Assembly (NCBI GenBank): GCA_030607875.1 | Contig: JAUWJD010000004.1 | Span: 68,605 to 132,604 of the forward strand | Length of the DNA: 64,000 nt | Direction of reading: 5' to 3' | From: Chloroflexota bacterium | GTDB taxonomy: Bacteria; Chloroflexota; Anaerolineae; UBA2200 | Part shown: piece after piece, positions 11,355 to 19,670 of the stretch | Position numbering within the stretch: the stretch's first letter is position 1 | How the letters are laid out: each line of letters begins with the position of its first letter | The notes under the pieces: model-generated | What the model saw: only the letters and a program-made list of their open reading frames with translations | Databases searched by the model: none | What the model was told of the DNA's origin: nothing | Made by a program: the position numbers and the translations under genes

Positions 11355-12260
11355 TCAGTTCTTGGGCCGGTAGCGCCCCAGGGCTACACCCACCAGAATC
11401 CCCACCGCTCCGAGGACTTGGAGTGGCTGCATGCTTTCGCCCAGGAAGATCCAGGCCACAACAACAGTGACCAAGGGCGTGAGGTAGGAATGGATTGCGG
11501 TCCGTGCACTGCCCAGGCGCTGCACCCCGGTGTTCCAGATCACGTAGCCAATGCCGATGGCCAGCACAGCAGAGTAGAGCAGGCCCAGCCAACTCTGCGT
11601 GGAAATGGCACTCCAGTCCTGAGCCCGCAGCTCAGGAAGCGCTGCCAGGAGCATTAGTGGCGCGTTGATGACCATCATCCAGGTTGTCACCTTGAGCACC
11701 GAGTTACGCTGCATCAGACCCTTGGAGAATGTGGTGTACACAGCCCATAGGATTGTGGCGCAGAGCACCAGCAGGTCGCCTGCCAGGGTTTGGCTGCTTG
11801 TTCCGATGCCTGCACCGCTGCTGCCGACAAGCAGGAAGATGCCGATGAACGAGAGCAGGATGCCTATCCAATTGCGGCCATGGAGCTTCTCGGACCGCAG
11901 GAGGGTGCCAATGAGAGCCACGAAAATGGGCACAGCCGCCAGGATGAGCGCGGAATTGCTGGCACTGGTACGCGCTATGCCGCTGATGAACAGAGCTTGA
12001 TGGGCAAAATTGCCAAAGAAACTCAACACCAACAACAGTCGCCAGTCACGACGAACGATGGATAGGTCCCGTTCGACGATCCAGGTGAGGATCAGGGTGA
12101 CCAGCGATGCCCCGATGAAGCGCAGGGCATTGAAAGCCAGCGGCGTCATTTCTGACAGGGCCGACTTGACTACGGCAAAGTTGACACCCCATACGATCAC
12201 CAGCCCCAGCAGCGCAAGGTCCACGAGCCCAAAGGAATGCGACTTGGCCGTGTGGATCAT
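11355..12260 (-). CDS. EamA/DMT-family transporter
   Basis: The 301-aa ORF has about 10 hydrophobic segments with a duplicated EamA-like architecture. Confidence 0.8.
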   Translation of the reverse strand: MIHTAKSHSFGLVDLALLGLVIVWGVNFAVVKSALSEMTPLAFNALRFIGASLVTLILTWIVERDLSIVRRDWRLLLVLSFFGNFAHQALFISGIARTSASNSALILAAVPIFVALIGTLLRSEKLHGRNWIGILLSFIGIFLLVGSSGAGIGTSSQTLAGDLLVLCATILWAVYTTFSKGLMQRNSVLKVTTWMMVINAPLMLLAALPELRAQDWSAISTQSWLGLLYSAVLAIGIGYVIWNTGVQRLGSARTAIHSYLTPLVTVVVAWIFLGESMQPLQVLGAVGILVGVALGRYRPKN

Positions 12261-12808
12261 GACATCTCCGCTCTCAGCGACTTGACCAGAGTCTGAACCG
12301 CCTCTTCGGGCGTGTGGGCCAGGTGCAGATGCGCAAAGTCGCGCTGGCGAATGATCAGCTCATCCGCGCAAAAATCGAACAGACCCTGCCAGGGGTCGCT
12401 GAGCAGCACAAAGGGTCTTGGTGGAATGGAGCGGATCTGCAGCAGACTCCAAACAGTGCTGATCTCGGTCAAAGTGCCGATGCCGCCTTTGAGCGCAAGG
12501 TAGCCATGAGCCACTTCGATGATCGTTCGCAGGCGTTCCAGGAACGTAGTTGTGCGGATCTCTTTGTCCACCCAGGCATTGGCAGCCAGGTGGCTGAACC
12601 AGTCGGTCGTCACACCGATGACCAAGCCGCCGGCTTCCTTGGCTCCACAGCTGACCGCTTCCATGACGCCACCATACCCACCGCTGCACACTGTCAGCCC
12701 TTCTTGAGCCAGAAGCGCTCCTATCTGCCTTGCCTCTTCGTAAGCCAGGCTGCCGCGTTGTGCCTGTGAGCTGCCGAATATGGATACTACGTTAGCTTGC
12801 TCGATCAT
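12257..12808 (-). CDS. LOG/TIGR00725-like Rossmann-fold protein (SLOG superfamily)
   Basis: SGGYGGVMEA and LKGGIGTLTE motifs are present. It overlaps the downstream EamA gene by 4 nt. Confidence 0.65.
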   Translation of the reverse strand: MIEQANVVSIFGSSQAQRGSLAYEEARQIGALLAQEGLTVCSGGYGGVMEAVSCGAKEAGGLVIGVTTDWFSHLAANAWVDKEIRTTTFLERLRTIIEVAHGYLALKGGIGTLTEISTVWSLLQIRSIPPRPFVLLSDPWQGLFDFCADELIIRQRDFAHLHLAHTPEEAVQTLVKSLRAEMS

Positions 12809-13041
12809 TTTCTGCCCCTTCTACATTGTGCGATGAGTCTGTTGATCCGAACCGAGAGCGAACTCTGGCTTTCCACGTCTGCAGTGTGCTGGCCAACCAT
12901 TGTTTCAAGCTGTGTCGGCCAAAGCGCCCCGCGAAATCCCGGGTCGCAGTTTCAGCTCCGACGTCGCTGCCGTGTTCCTAGCTCAGGTAGTAACGGTGAT
13001 CCATGATCCATAAGAAACCCTTCGGCAGTACGCGTTCACAG

Positions 13042-13728
13042 TCAGCGTGCGCAGCCAAGCTCTCCTTCTGGCTCACTGTGTATCTCTTCCCGGTGATTCG
13101 TTGGGGCCTCAATCTCCAGTACGCGATATGGGTGCGCGTTTATCACCATTGTGTCGTGGTACTGGGTCATGGTGGGCTGTAAGCGATTATAGACGTGCCT
13201 GTGGCCGTGAATCAAGTACTGTGGTCTGAAGCGTTCCATGAGCTTGGGAAAGGCGCGGAAGCCGGTGTGGCAGAGGTCACTGCCGTCGTGGATGCCAAGG
13301 GGGGCCGCATGGGTGACCAGAATGTCCAGCCACCGCCCCTTGGCAAGGCGCTTGCGCAGCAGCCTGACGCTCAGACGCAATGCCTTGCGGCTCATCTCAG
13401 CCTGGGTGTACTGGTGTGGCCCGCTCCTGTAGCGCATGGAGCCTTCTAATCCGGCGAACAGCAGCCCTCGGCATTCCGCCACTTTGCCATCGATGTCCAC
13501 GCAGCCTCCTGGGCCGATGCGTTCACCATCCGAGGTGATGGTGATCTCCTCGGCGTGGTTTCCCATGACGTAGTACAGCGGAATGTTCAGCATGGTGACG
13601 ATGTATTCCAGGTAATAGGCGGGCAGGTCGCCACAGCTCAACACCAGGTCCACGTCCGCGAAGCGGGTTTTGATGCCCGCGCTGTAGATCTGGGGTACGA
13701 CCTCATCACTGATGGCCAGTATCTTCAT
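13042..13728 (-). CDS. Metallophosphoesterase (calcineurin-like)
   Basis: It has MKILAISD, CGDL, MGNHA and HGHRH metal-ligand motifs. Confidence 0.7.
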   Translation of the reverse strand: MKILAISDEVVPQIYSAGIKTRFADVDLVLSCGDLPAYYLEYIVTMLNIPLYYVMGNHAEEITITSDGERIGPGGCVDIDGKVAECRGLLFAGLEGSMRYRSGPHQYTQAEMSRKALRLSVRLLRKRLAKGRWLDILVTHAAPLGIHDGSDLCHTGFRAFPKLMERFRPQYLIHGHRHVYNRLQPTMTQYHDTMVINAHPYRVLEIEAPTNHREEIHSEPEGELGCAR

Positions 13729-13749
13729 AAACCTTCTCTACTCAATCGT

Positions 13750-14166
13750 CTATCGACAATAAGCCCCAAGCTGTTCGCGGTACTCTAGCAAACGGCCAAT
13801 GCCCCAGTCGATCATGAAGTATGCTTCAGCGCGCACCAGGCTGTCTGCGCCGGGCAAGAGCAGCTTTCCTTTGCAGATGTGCCGGTAGGCGTCCAGGGCT
13901 TGCTCGTGCAAGGCCTCGAGACCTTGTGGGGGTTGGATCGCTTGCAGGGCCTGCAAGATCCGGGCGCTCTCGTCAGCGGACATGTCCTGAACGCTGAAGA
14001 TGATGCCCCACGAAGTGTATTTCTCCGTCATCATGGCGTATATCGCTCGTTCGTCTGGCGTGGGAAGCGGCATGGCAGTAGGAACCCGGCAGGCCAACAG
14101 CAGAGGAAGGCCCAGCAACACCAGCAGGGGAAGGATACGCTCCTGCCACGTGGAACATCTGTCCAA
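13750..14166 (-). CDS. Hypothetical lipoprotein
   Basis: The 138-aa ORF has a hydrophobic N-terminus ending in a LLLAC lipobox-like motif. No family was recognised. Confidence 0.4.
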   Translation of the reverse strand: MDRCSTWQERILPLLVLLGLPLLLACRVPTAMPLPTPDERAIYAMMTEKYTSWGIIFSVQDMSADESARILQALQAIQPPQGLEALHEQALDAYRHICKGKLLLPGADSLVRAEAYFMIDWGIGRLLEYREQLGAYCR

Positions 14167-14183
14167 GGGCTTTTCCTTCCGCC

Positions 14184-14459
14184 CTACTCTTCTCTGACTC
14201 TGCGCATCAAGACCACGGGATTGTAGGCGTCGGGGCAGGCATGAGCCGCTGCATCTTTGTGCTCAGCATCCAGCCAGGGGAACTCGGCGCCACAGCGCAT
14301 GGCGAATACCTCGGGCAAGAAACTGTACAGGGCACGCAGGCAAACGCGCCCCTGGATGGTCTCCCCACCGAAGAGGATCTCGTCGTCGACCTGGTGGCCG
14401 AAATCGCAGGTGCCGTCCGCCGAGAGCACCTTGACTACAATCCTGTATGGCTCGGACAT
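14184..14459 (-). CDS. Small Cys-containing protein resembling the TIGR04076 family
   Basis: I chose the start at MSEPYRIVVKV. The product is about 91 aa with the pattern CDFGH...GRVCLRALYS...CPD. The longer Arg-rich track N-terminus is unlikely. Confidence 0.55.
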   Translation of the reverse strand: MSEPYRIVVKVLSADGTCDFGHQVDDEILFGGETIQGRVCLRALYSFLPEVFAMRCGAEFPWLDAEHKDAAAHACPDAYNPVVLMRRVREE

Positions 14460-14815
14460 GGACGGTTTCCCTGGTCCAGTGGAGGGGTGAAGATGGCCAA
14501 CAACAGCAGATCGCCTTCTCCAGTGTTCTTGGCGCCGTGTACGGTGCCAGCCTTGGCGTGGCCGCAAGACCCTTCGTGACAAGGCACCCAATCCCCTTGC
14601 ACGTAGAAGGTTCCCTCCCCTGATAACACGTAAAAGGTCTCTGCAGACCGCTGGTGTGTGTGCGGCGGCACCTGCGCCCCTGGAGTGATGCGGACGACTT
14701 TTACCTCCAGGTCAGTGCTGATTCCGCTGTCCACCACAGATCGGGCGTACACTCCGCTGTAGGTGCGATGCGGCATCCAAGGCAGATCTCCGACATCTAC
14801 AAGCTGGACGCTCAT
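14435..14815 (-). CDS. Cupin-domain protein
   Basis: It has the cupin motifs G-x5-PPHTH and GTVHGAKN. I chose the start at MSVQLV. The 3' end overlaps the next gene by 25 nt. Confidence 0.65.
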   Translation of the reverse strand: MSVQLVDVGDLPWMPHRTYSGVYARSVVDSGISTDLEVKVVRITPGAQVPPHTHQRSAETFYVLSGEGTFYVQGDWVPCHEGSCGHAKAGTVHGAKNTGEGDLLLLAIFTPPLDQGNRPCPSHTGL

Positions 14816-15039
14816 ATTCTCCTTTCTCGGTGGTACGGCATACAGTATCGGAAGACACGTTTCGATTATACCATTGGCCTGGCACCTCGGCAAAAGTCGC
14901 CAGGTTTTACAGATTTCTTACATTTTAGCAATACGCGCATAGTATGTAGCCTCTATACTGCAGAGCGAACACAGGGACGAATACCTGGTCGCGCCGCTCA
15001 GGCAGAGCAGGGTTTGCCCAAACTTAAGGAGGGAGAAAA

Positions 15040-16146
15040 ATGAGACTCAAAAGCAAATGGTTAGGCATAGGGCTGGTCGCGCTGCTCCTGCTCAGCGTAA
15101 CTGGCGCTGCGATGGCGCAGGAACCGGCGCAGCCCCCCAGTGGGCCGGCGGTGCGAGGGCGCATAGAGGCCAAGTCACAGAGCGGATTCACGCTCAGCAC
15201 CAAGCGCGGAGAACTTGCGGTGTCGGTGGATGCCGGCACGCGCTATCGCATGCCTGGTGTGGAACAGCCGACGCTGGCTGATCTCCAGGTTGGCGACACG
15301 GTGCTCGTCCTGGGGCGCAGAAACGAAGCGGGTGAGTTCCTGGCGCGGTGGGTGGCCCTGCTTCCGCCGGTGCCAGTGGGCGCTCTGAAGGGCGAAATCA
15401 CGGCCATCGAAGGCCAGACGCTTACTGTGGCCACAGGCGCTGGCGAGAAAGCGCTGCTAACCGATGAGAACACGCAGTTCCGTGTGCCGGACGTGGAGCA
15501 GCCCACGCTGGCGGACATCCACGTGGGCGATCGCGTCTTTGTCTTGGTGGAAGCGCAGGAGGGGGGCACACTGTTGGCCAGGAGGGTGGCTGTGCTGCCA
15601 GAGGATTCGCGCGGCCCGGTAAGCCTGCGCGGCCGGGTGATCGAGGTCGCTGAATCCTCACTGAAGGTGCAGGCGCGTCAGGGTGAGGTCACCGTAGTGG
15701 CCACCGAGGCGACACACATACGCGTCCCGGGCGTGGAGAATCCTACCTTGGCTGACATCCGCGTAGGAGACACGGTGCTCGTAGTAGGCCGCCCAACAGG
15801 TCTGTGCCAGGTCGAGGCCAGGGCCATCGGGGCGCTGCCGCCGGTCTCTGCTCACAAGTTCGCCATCCCGGGCGAGGTCCTGAGCATTGAGGGCACGACG
15901 CTGACAGTGCAGGATCCGAGGGATACGCACACCATCTTCACCGACGAGCAGACACGGTTCCGTGTGCCGGGCGTGGAGGATGCGAGCATTGCCGACGTCG
16001 AGGTTGGAGACCACATCCTGGCCATTGGCCAGCCGGCTGAGGACAATGCCCTGCTGGCACGGTGGATCATCGTCAGACGCCCGCAGCAGCAGCCGGGCGC
16101 AGAGAAGCCGCCGGCAGAGGGCCCCAGCGTGCCAATTCCCTTCTAG
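15040..16146 (+). CDS. Secreted protein built of four tandem ~75-80-aa repeats (DUF5666-like)
   Basis: A signal-peptide-like N-terminus is preceded by a GGAGGGAG RBS. The unit ...T(R/Q)(Y/F)RVPGVE-PTLAD(I/L)-VGD-V-V... occurs four times. Confidence 0.7.
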   Translation: MRLKSKWLGIGLVALLLLSVTGAAMAQEPAQPPSGPAVRGRIEAKSQSGFTLSTKRGELAVSVDAGTRYRMPGVEQPTLADLQVGDTVLVLGRRNEAGEFLARWVALLPPVPVGALKGEITAIEGQTLTVATGAGEKALLTDENTQFRVPDVEQPTLADIHVGDRVFVLVEAQEGGTLLARRVAVLPEDSRGPVSLRGRVIEVAESSLKVQARQGEVTVVATEATHIRVPGVENPTLADIRVGDTVLVVGRPTGLCQVEARAIGALPPVSAHKFAIPGEVLSIEGTTLTVQDPRDTHTIFTDEQTRFRVPGVEDASIADVEVGDHILAIGQPAEDNALLARWIIVRRPQQQPGAEKPPAEGPSVPIPF

Positions 16147-16166
16147 CCACAGGAAAGTGCACAGCG

Positions 16167-16201
16167 GAAACCGGGCGCGTGATGCGCCCGGTTTCTTTTT
16201 G
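16167..16201. terminator. Rho-independent terminator between convergent genes
   Basis: The stem gaaaccgggcgc / gcgcccggtttc has a 5-nt loop and is followed by ttttt. Confidence 0.55.
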
Positions 16202-16240
16202 GCTATATGCCAAACCTGATTTGGGCCGCCACAGGGGACG

Positions 16241-16414
16241 CTATTCCTCCTCTTTGCTCTCCAGCTTCTGGTTCAGTTTCCGCAGTTCGGTCAGGATTTC
16301 ACCCAACAGCAGAAGCTGCAGACGCCGCCAATGCAGGGTGCTGGCCAGCTTGGCGCTCTTTGCCATGTCCCCGGAGCGATAACGCTCCAGCAGTTCCAGT
16401 ACGTCTTGTGACAT
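16241..16414 (-). CDS. Small hypothetical coiled-coil protein (57 aa)
   Basis: MSQDVLELL is preceded by a GGGAGGTGAGC RBS, 11 nt downstream of the DUF2284-like gene. No family was recognised. Confidence 0.3.
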   Translation of the reverse strand: MSQDVLELLERYRSGDMAKSAKLASTLHWRRLQLLLLGEILTELRKLNQKLESKEEE

Positions 16415-16425
16415 GCTCACCTCCC

Positions 16426-17088
16426 TCAAAAGACAAAAACAATGCCCACGGTGATGGCGCAGGGGACCTCGCTGAGGTCATCAAGCAGCGCGTAGGCTTG
16501 CCAACCGGCTTTGTTCACCAGATCAAACACGTCTATGCCCACTGCTTCCATAGCCGGTCGAGCACGGTTGGGGAAGCGGCACCTGCCGCTGTCCAGGTAC
16601 TGGCAGATCAGGCCCTTGCAGAGGTAGTCCTTGCATGAGCCACCGCCAAAGCCCATCGCCAGGTGGTAGCCATCCTTGTAGGCCTGGCGTTCCAGTTCGT
16701 AGACGATCTTGCCGCTCTGCTCGTGGAAGGAGAGCACGCGCCGTTTTTCCTCTTTCGTGACTCCCTGGCCGGGGACGTAATCCTCGATCGGCTCGACGTT
16801 GCACTTGAACAGGATGGCGTAGTGAAAACGGCTGACGGCCTTGCGCACCAGGTCCAGGGCCGGGGCGTAGGGCGGGCAATTAGGTGTCTCCCCGGCGCGG
16901 ATGCAGCGCGGCACCGTGCATTTGAGTCGCACTCGCTCATCGATGACCACGTCGCTGGCCGGTACGATCGCCGCTGCCGATGCTCCCAGATCGAGAGCCA
17001 GTTGGCGGCAACGCTCCAAATCGGCCTGCAGTGTCTCCTCGTCCACATTTCGGCCCAAGGCCCTGGCCGTGTTCCTTGCTGTTGTCAT
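16426..17088 (-). CDS. Predicted metal-binding protein (DUF2284-like)
   Basis: It carries the Cys clusters CTVPRC...NCPP and GGGSCKDYLCKGLICQ...GRC. I chose the start at MTTARN with a GAGGAGG RBS. Confidence 0.6.
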   Translation of the reverse strand: MTTARNTARALGRNVDEETLQADLERCRQLALDLGASAAAIVPASDVVIDERVRLKCTVPRCIRAGETPNCPPYAPALDLVRKAVSRFHYAILFKCNVEPIEDYVPGQGVTKEEKRRVLSFHEQSGKIVYELERQAYKDGYHLAMGFGGGSCKDYLCKGLICQYLDSGRCRFPNRARPAMEAVGIDVFDLVNKAGWQAYALLDDLSEVPCAITVGIVFVF

Positions 17089-17257
17089 CCCTTGGCCTCC
17101 TCTCTTCGCAGAAGACGCGCATATGATACCTGCATTGATCTGGATTGACAAGGCTGCGAATCTGGGCAATCATGCCACCGAAGCCAAGTCCGCCGAGGTC
17201 TTTTGATGCCTCTCAGCGATCTCTGTGGTCTCTGCGGTTAACAAGTGCTCCAACTCT

Positions 17258-17286
17258 TGGTGTCTTGGTGCCTTCGTGGTAGAATC
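17258..17286 (+). promoter_or_regulatory. Candidate sigma-70-type promoter for the M20 peptidase gene
   Basis: TTGGTG, a 17-nt spacer, then TGgTAGAAT (extended -10), 36 nt upstream of the ATG. Confidence 0.4.
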
Positions 17287-17321
17287 CTGGGCGACGATAC
17301 CTTCAGCGAGGAGAAAGGCGC

Positions 17322-18521
17322 ATGGCAGCAAAGCAGAACCTCATCCAGCTACTCTGCGATCTGATTGCTCTCCCCAGCGTGAATCCAGAGCACGAAACAC
17401 AGCAAAGCGAAGCGCCATACGGCGAGGGGCGGGTTGCCGACTACGTGCAGCGCTACTTCCAGCCCTTTGGCGTCAGGCTCCAACGGCAGCAAGCTCTCCC
17501 AGGGCGGGAAAGCGTGCTGGTTTGGGTGCCTGGCGCGGATGCTTCTGCCCCGCCCGTCCTGCTCGAAGCGCACACGGACACCGTGGGCGTGGAGGGCATG
17601 GACGATCCGTTCACTCCACGAGTGGAAGGCGGGCGGGTGTACGGCCGAGGGGCCTGTGATACCAAGGCCTCCCTGGCAGCGATGATGTTCGTGCTGCGGC
17701 AGTTGCTGGAGGAAGGCGCTTCGCTACCGCGAGGCCGCGTCTCGCTCCGGCGAGGCTGCGTGCTGGCCGCGACGGCGGATGAGGAGTTTGGTATGACCGG
17801 CGCACGCTGTCTGGTCGAATCGGGGGTGACCTTTTCCGGCGCTATCGTGGGCGAGCCGACCGCGCTGAAGATCGTTGCCGCGCACGATGGACAGATGTAC
17901 CTCAAGATCACAGCCCACGGCAAGGCCGCGCATACCTCGATGCCGCAGCACGGCGTCAATGCCATTTACCTGATGGACGAGGTGATCAACGTGCTGCGCC
18001 GCCGGGCGGATGCGATCTACCCGCAGCGCCAGCATCCCCTCTGTGGTTCGCCCAAGTGGACGGTGTCCATGATCCACGGCGGGACCTCGGAGCACATCGT
18101 GCCCAACCACTGCGAGATCGCCATCGACTTTCGCGTCATCCCCGGCGAGAGCTGCCAGGGGATGCTGGAGGAGGTCAAAAGCTGGCTGGCGCAAGACCTC
18201 GACGCTGCCGCTTTGGAGAGGATTGAGTTCGCAGAGCCTCACAAGACGGAGCCGCCGATGGAGACGCCGAGCGACCACCTGCTGCTGCGGGGCATGCGCG
18301 CGGCGGTTGCCGGCGTCACAGGGGATGCGCAGGTCGTGGGTGTGCCCTACAACACCAATGCCAGCCACTATGCCGCCGCAGGCATTCCCTGCGTCGTCTT
18401 TGGCCCTGGCGACATTGCCCAGGCGCACAGCGTGGACGAGTTCGTGGAAATCTCGCAGGTTGAGGCCGCAGTGGAGATCCTAAAGCGCTTCCTGCTGGAG
18501 AGTGCAGCGTCACTGAGTTAG
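17322..18521 (+). CDS. M20-family metallopeptidase (ArgE/DapE-like deacylase)
   Basis: The 399-aa ORF has LLEAHTDTV, RGACDTK, DEEFG and GPGDIAQAHSVDEF motifs. Confidence 0.85.
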   Translation: MAAKQNLIQLLCDLIALPSVNPEHETQQSEAPYGEGRVADYVQRYFQPFGVRLQRQQALPGRESVLVWVPGADASAPPVLLEAHTDTVGVEGMDDPFTPRVEGGRVYGRGACDTKASLAAMMFVLRQLLEEGASLPRGRVSLRRGCVLAATADEEFGMTGARCLVESGVTFSGAIVGEPTALKIVAAHDGQMYLKITAHGKAAHTSMPQHGVNAIYLMDEVINVLRRRADAIYPQRQHPLCGSPKWTVSMIHGGTSEHIVPNHCEIAIDFRVIPGESCQGMLEEVKSWLAQDLDAAALERIEFAEPHKTEPPMETPSDHLLLRGMRAAVAGVTGDAQVVGVPYNTNASHYAAAGIPCVVFGPGDIAQAHSVDEFVEISQVEAAVEILKRFLLESAASLS

Positions 18522-19017
18522 CTGACCACCAGGGCTGCAAAGTCCCCAACAGACTGGGCAGCGACTGCTATCGCGGCTGCGATAGCATGGAATTGCCCTC
18601 CGGGCCCCAGGTCTCGGCCTAGTCCTGGGTCCAGAACGCATATCTCCTGAGCCCCGGAACGTAGCATAGGGCCTTGCCGCATGTCTCGTCGTAGATCTTG
18701 GCGAAGACAAGGCAGAAGGCGACAGTTCGTCCCGCGCCGACGGGATGGTTCGCCTCGCTACGACGAGGTGCTCGTCCTCTCCCGAGCGCCGCAACGTAGC
18801 ATAGGGCCTTGTGCCCGTCCTCTCCCCCCGAATCAGGACGCCACAAGGGGTTAGGCTACGCTTATTGTCAAATCAGATGGCTCCGTGTCACGTGAACTGC
18901 GCCTCGCAGCAAGAACTAGCCCATCTGGGCCAACTGTGCATCTCATTTCGCTCTGATGTCAGTCGCCGAAACCGACCTTGCAACAGCCCTGCAATCATGT
19001 ACTCATGTACCCGTGAT

Positions 19018-19046
19018 TTGACAAAATAGAACATTTGTGCTATACT
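19018..19046 (+). promoter_or_regulatory. Orphan near-consensus sigma-70-type promoter
   Basis: TTGACA, a 17-nt spacer, then TGcTATACT. It reads toward the M20 fragment and the R-M-like operon. Confidence 0.45.
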
Positions 19047-19286
19047 CCCACCTATGACAACTTGCAGCAAACCAGCCACAATCCCATCCGCCGCCACCAC
19101 CCACTACCCACGATCCTTTTTTTGCCAAACGAACCCATTTTTCACAAATGTACATCGTCCCCCATCACCCAGTTACCCATCAGCCGTACACTGCTGGAGA
19201 CTTGACCCATGACTGTTACCAGTAAACAGCTTGCCGCCAACTGCCGCAACGCCCCGCCCCCCCGATGGCAGAACTCGCAGCCGCTG

Positions 19287-19547
19287 GAGACGCCGACCGA
19301 CCACCTGCTGGTGCAGGGCATGCGCACGGCGACAGCCGACGTTGCAGGGGATGCAGAGGTCGTGGGTGTCCCCTACAACACCGATGCCAGCCACTTTTCT
19401 GCCGCGGGGATTCCCTGCGTCGTCTTTGGCCCCGCCGACATCGCCCAGGCGCACAGCGTGACCGAGTTCGTGGCGATCGAGCAGGTTGAGGCCGCGGTGG
19501 AGATCCTGAAGCGCTTTCTGCTGGAGGGTGCAGGGTCACTGGGTTAG
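19287..19547 (+). pseudogene. Diverged duplicate of the 3' end of the M20 peptidase gene (last ~87 codons only)
   Basis: A hand alignment of 19287-19553 against 18261-18527 gives 233/267 identical positions with no gaps, extending 6 nt past the stop. The fragment sits in a 112-aa ORF (19209-19547) whose first ~26 codons are unrelated. Confidence 0.7.
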
Positions 19548-19670
19548 CTGACCGTGGCTCACTGTTGACTGCTCTGCGAAGGTATGTTATCATAATGGCG
19601 CAGGTGATGTAAAAGACTCTAGCCTTTCATTGTGCCCTCAAGCTGCCAGGTAGACCAGGAGTGTGTCCCT

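Noticed and set aside
19565-19596. A possible promoter directly upstream of mod (TTGACT ... CATAAT)
   Set aside because: The spacer would be 20 nt (or 14 nt using TGTTAT), outside the functional range. The better promoter candidate is at 19018-19046.
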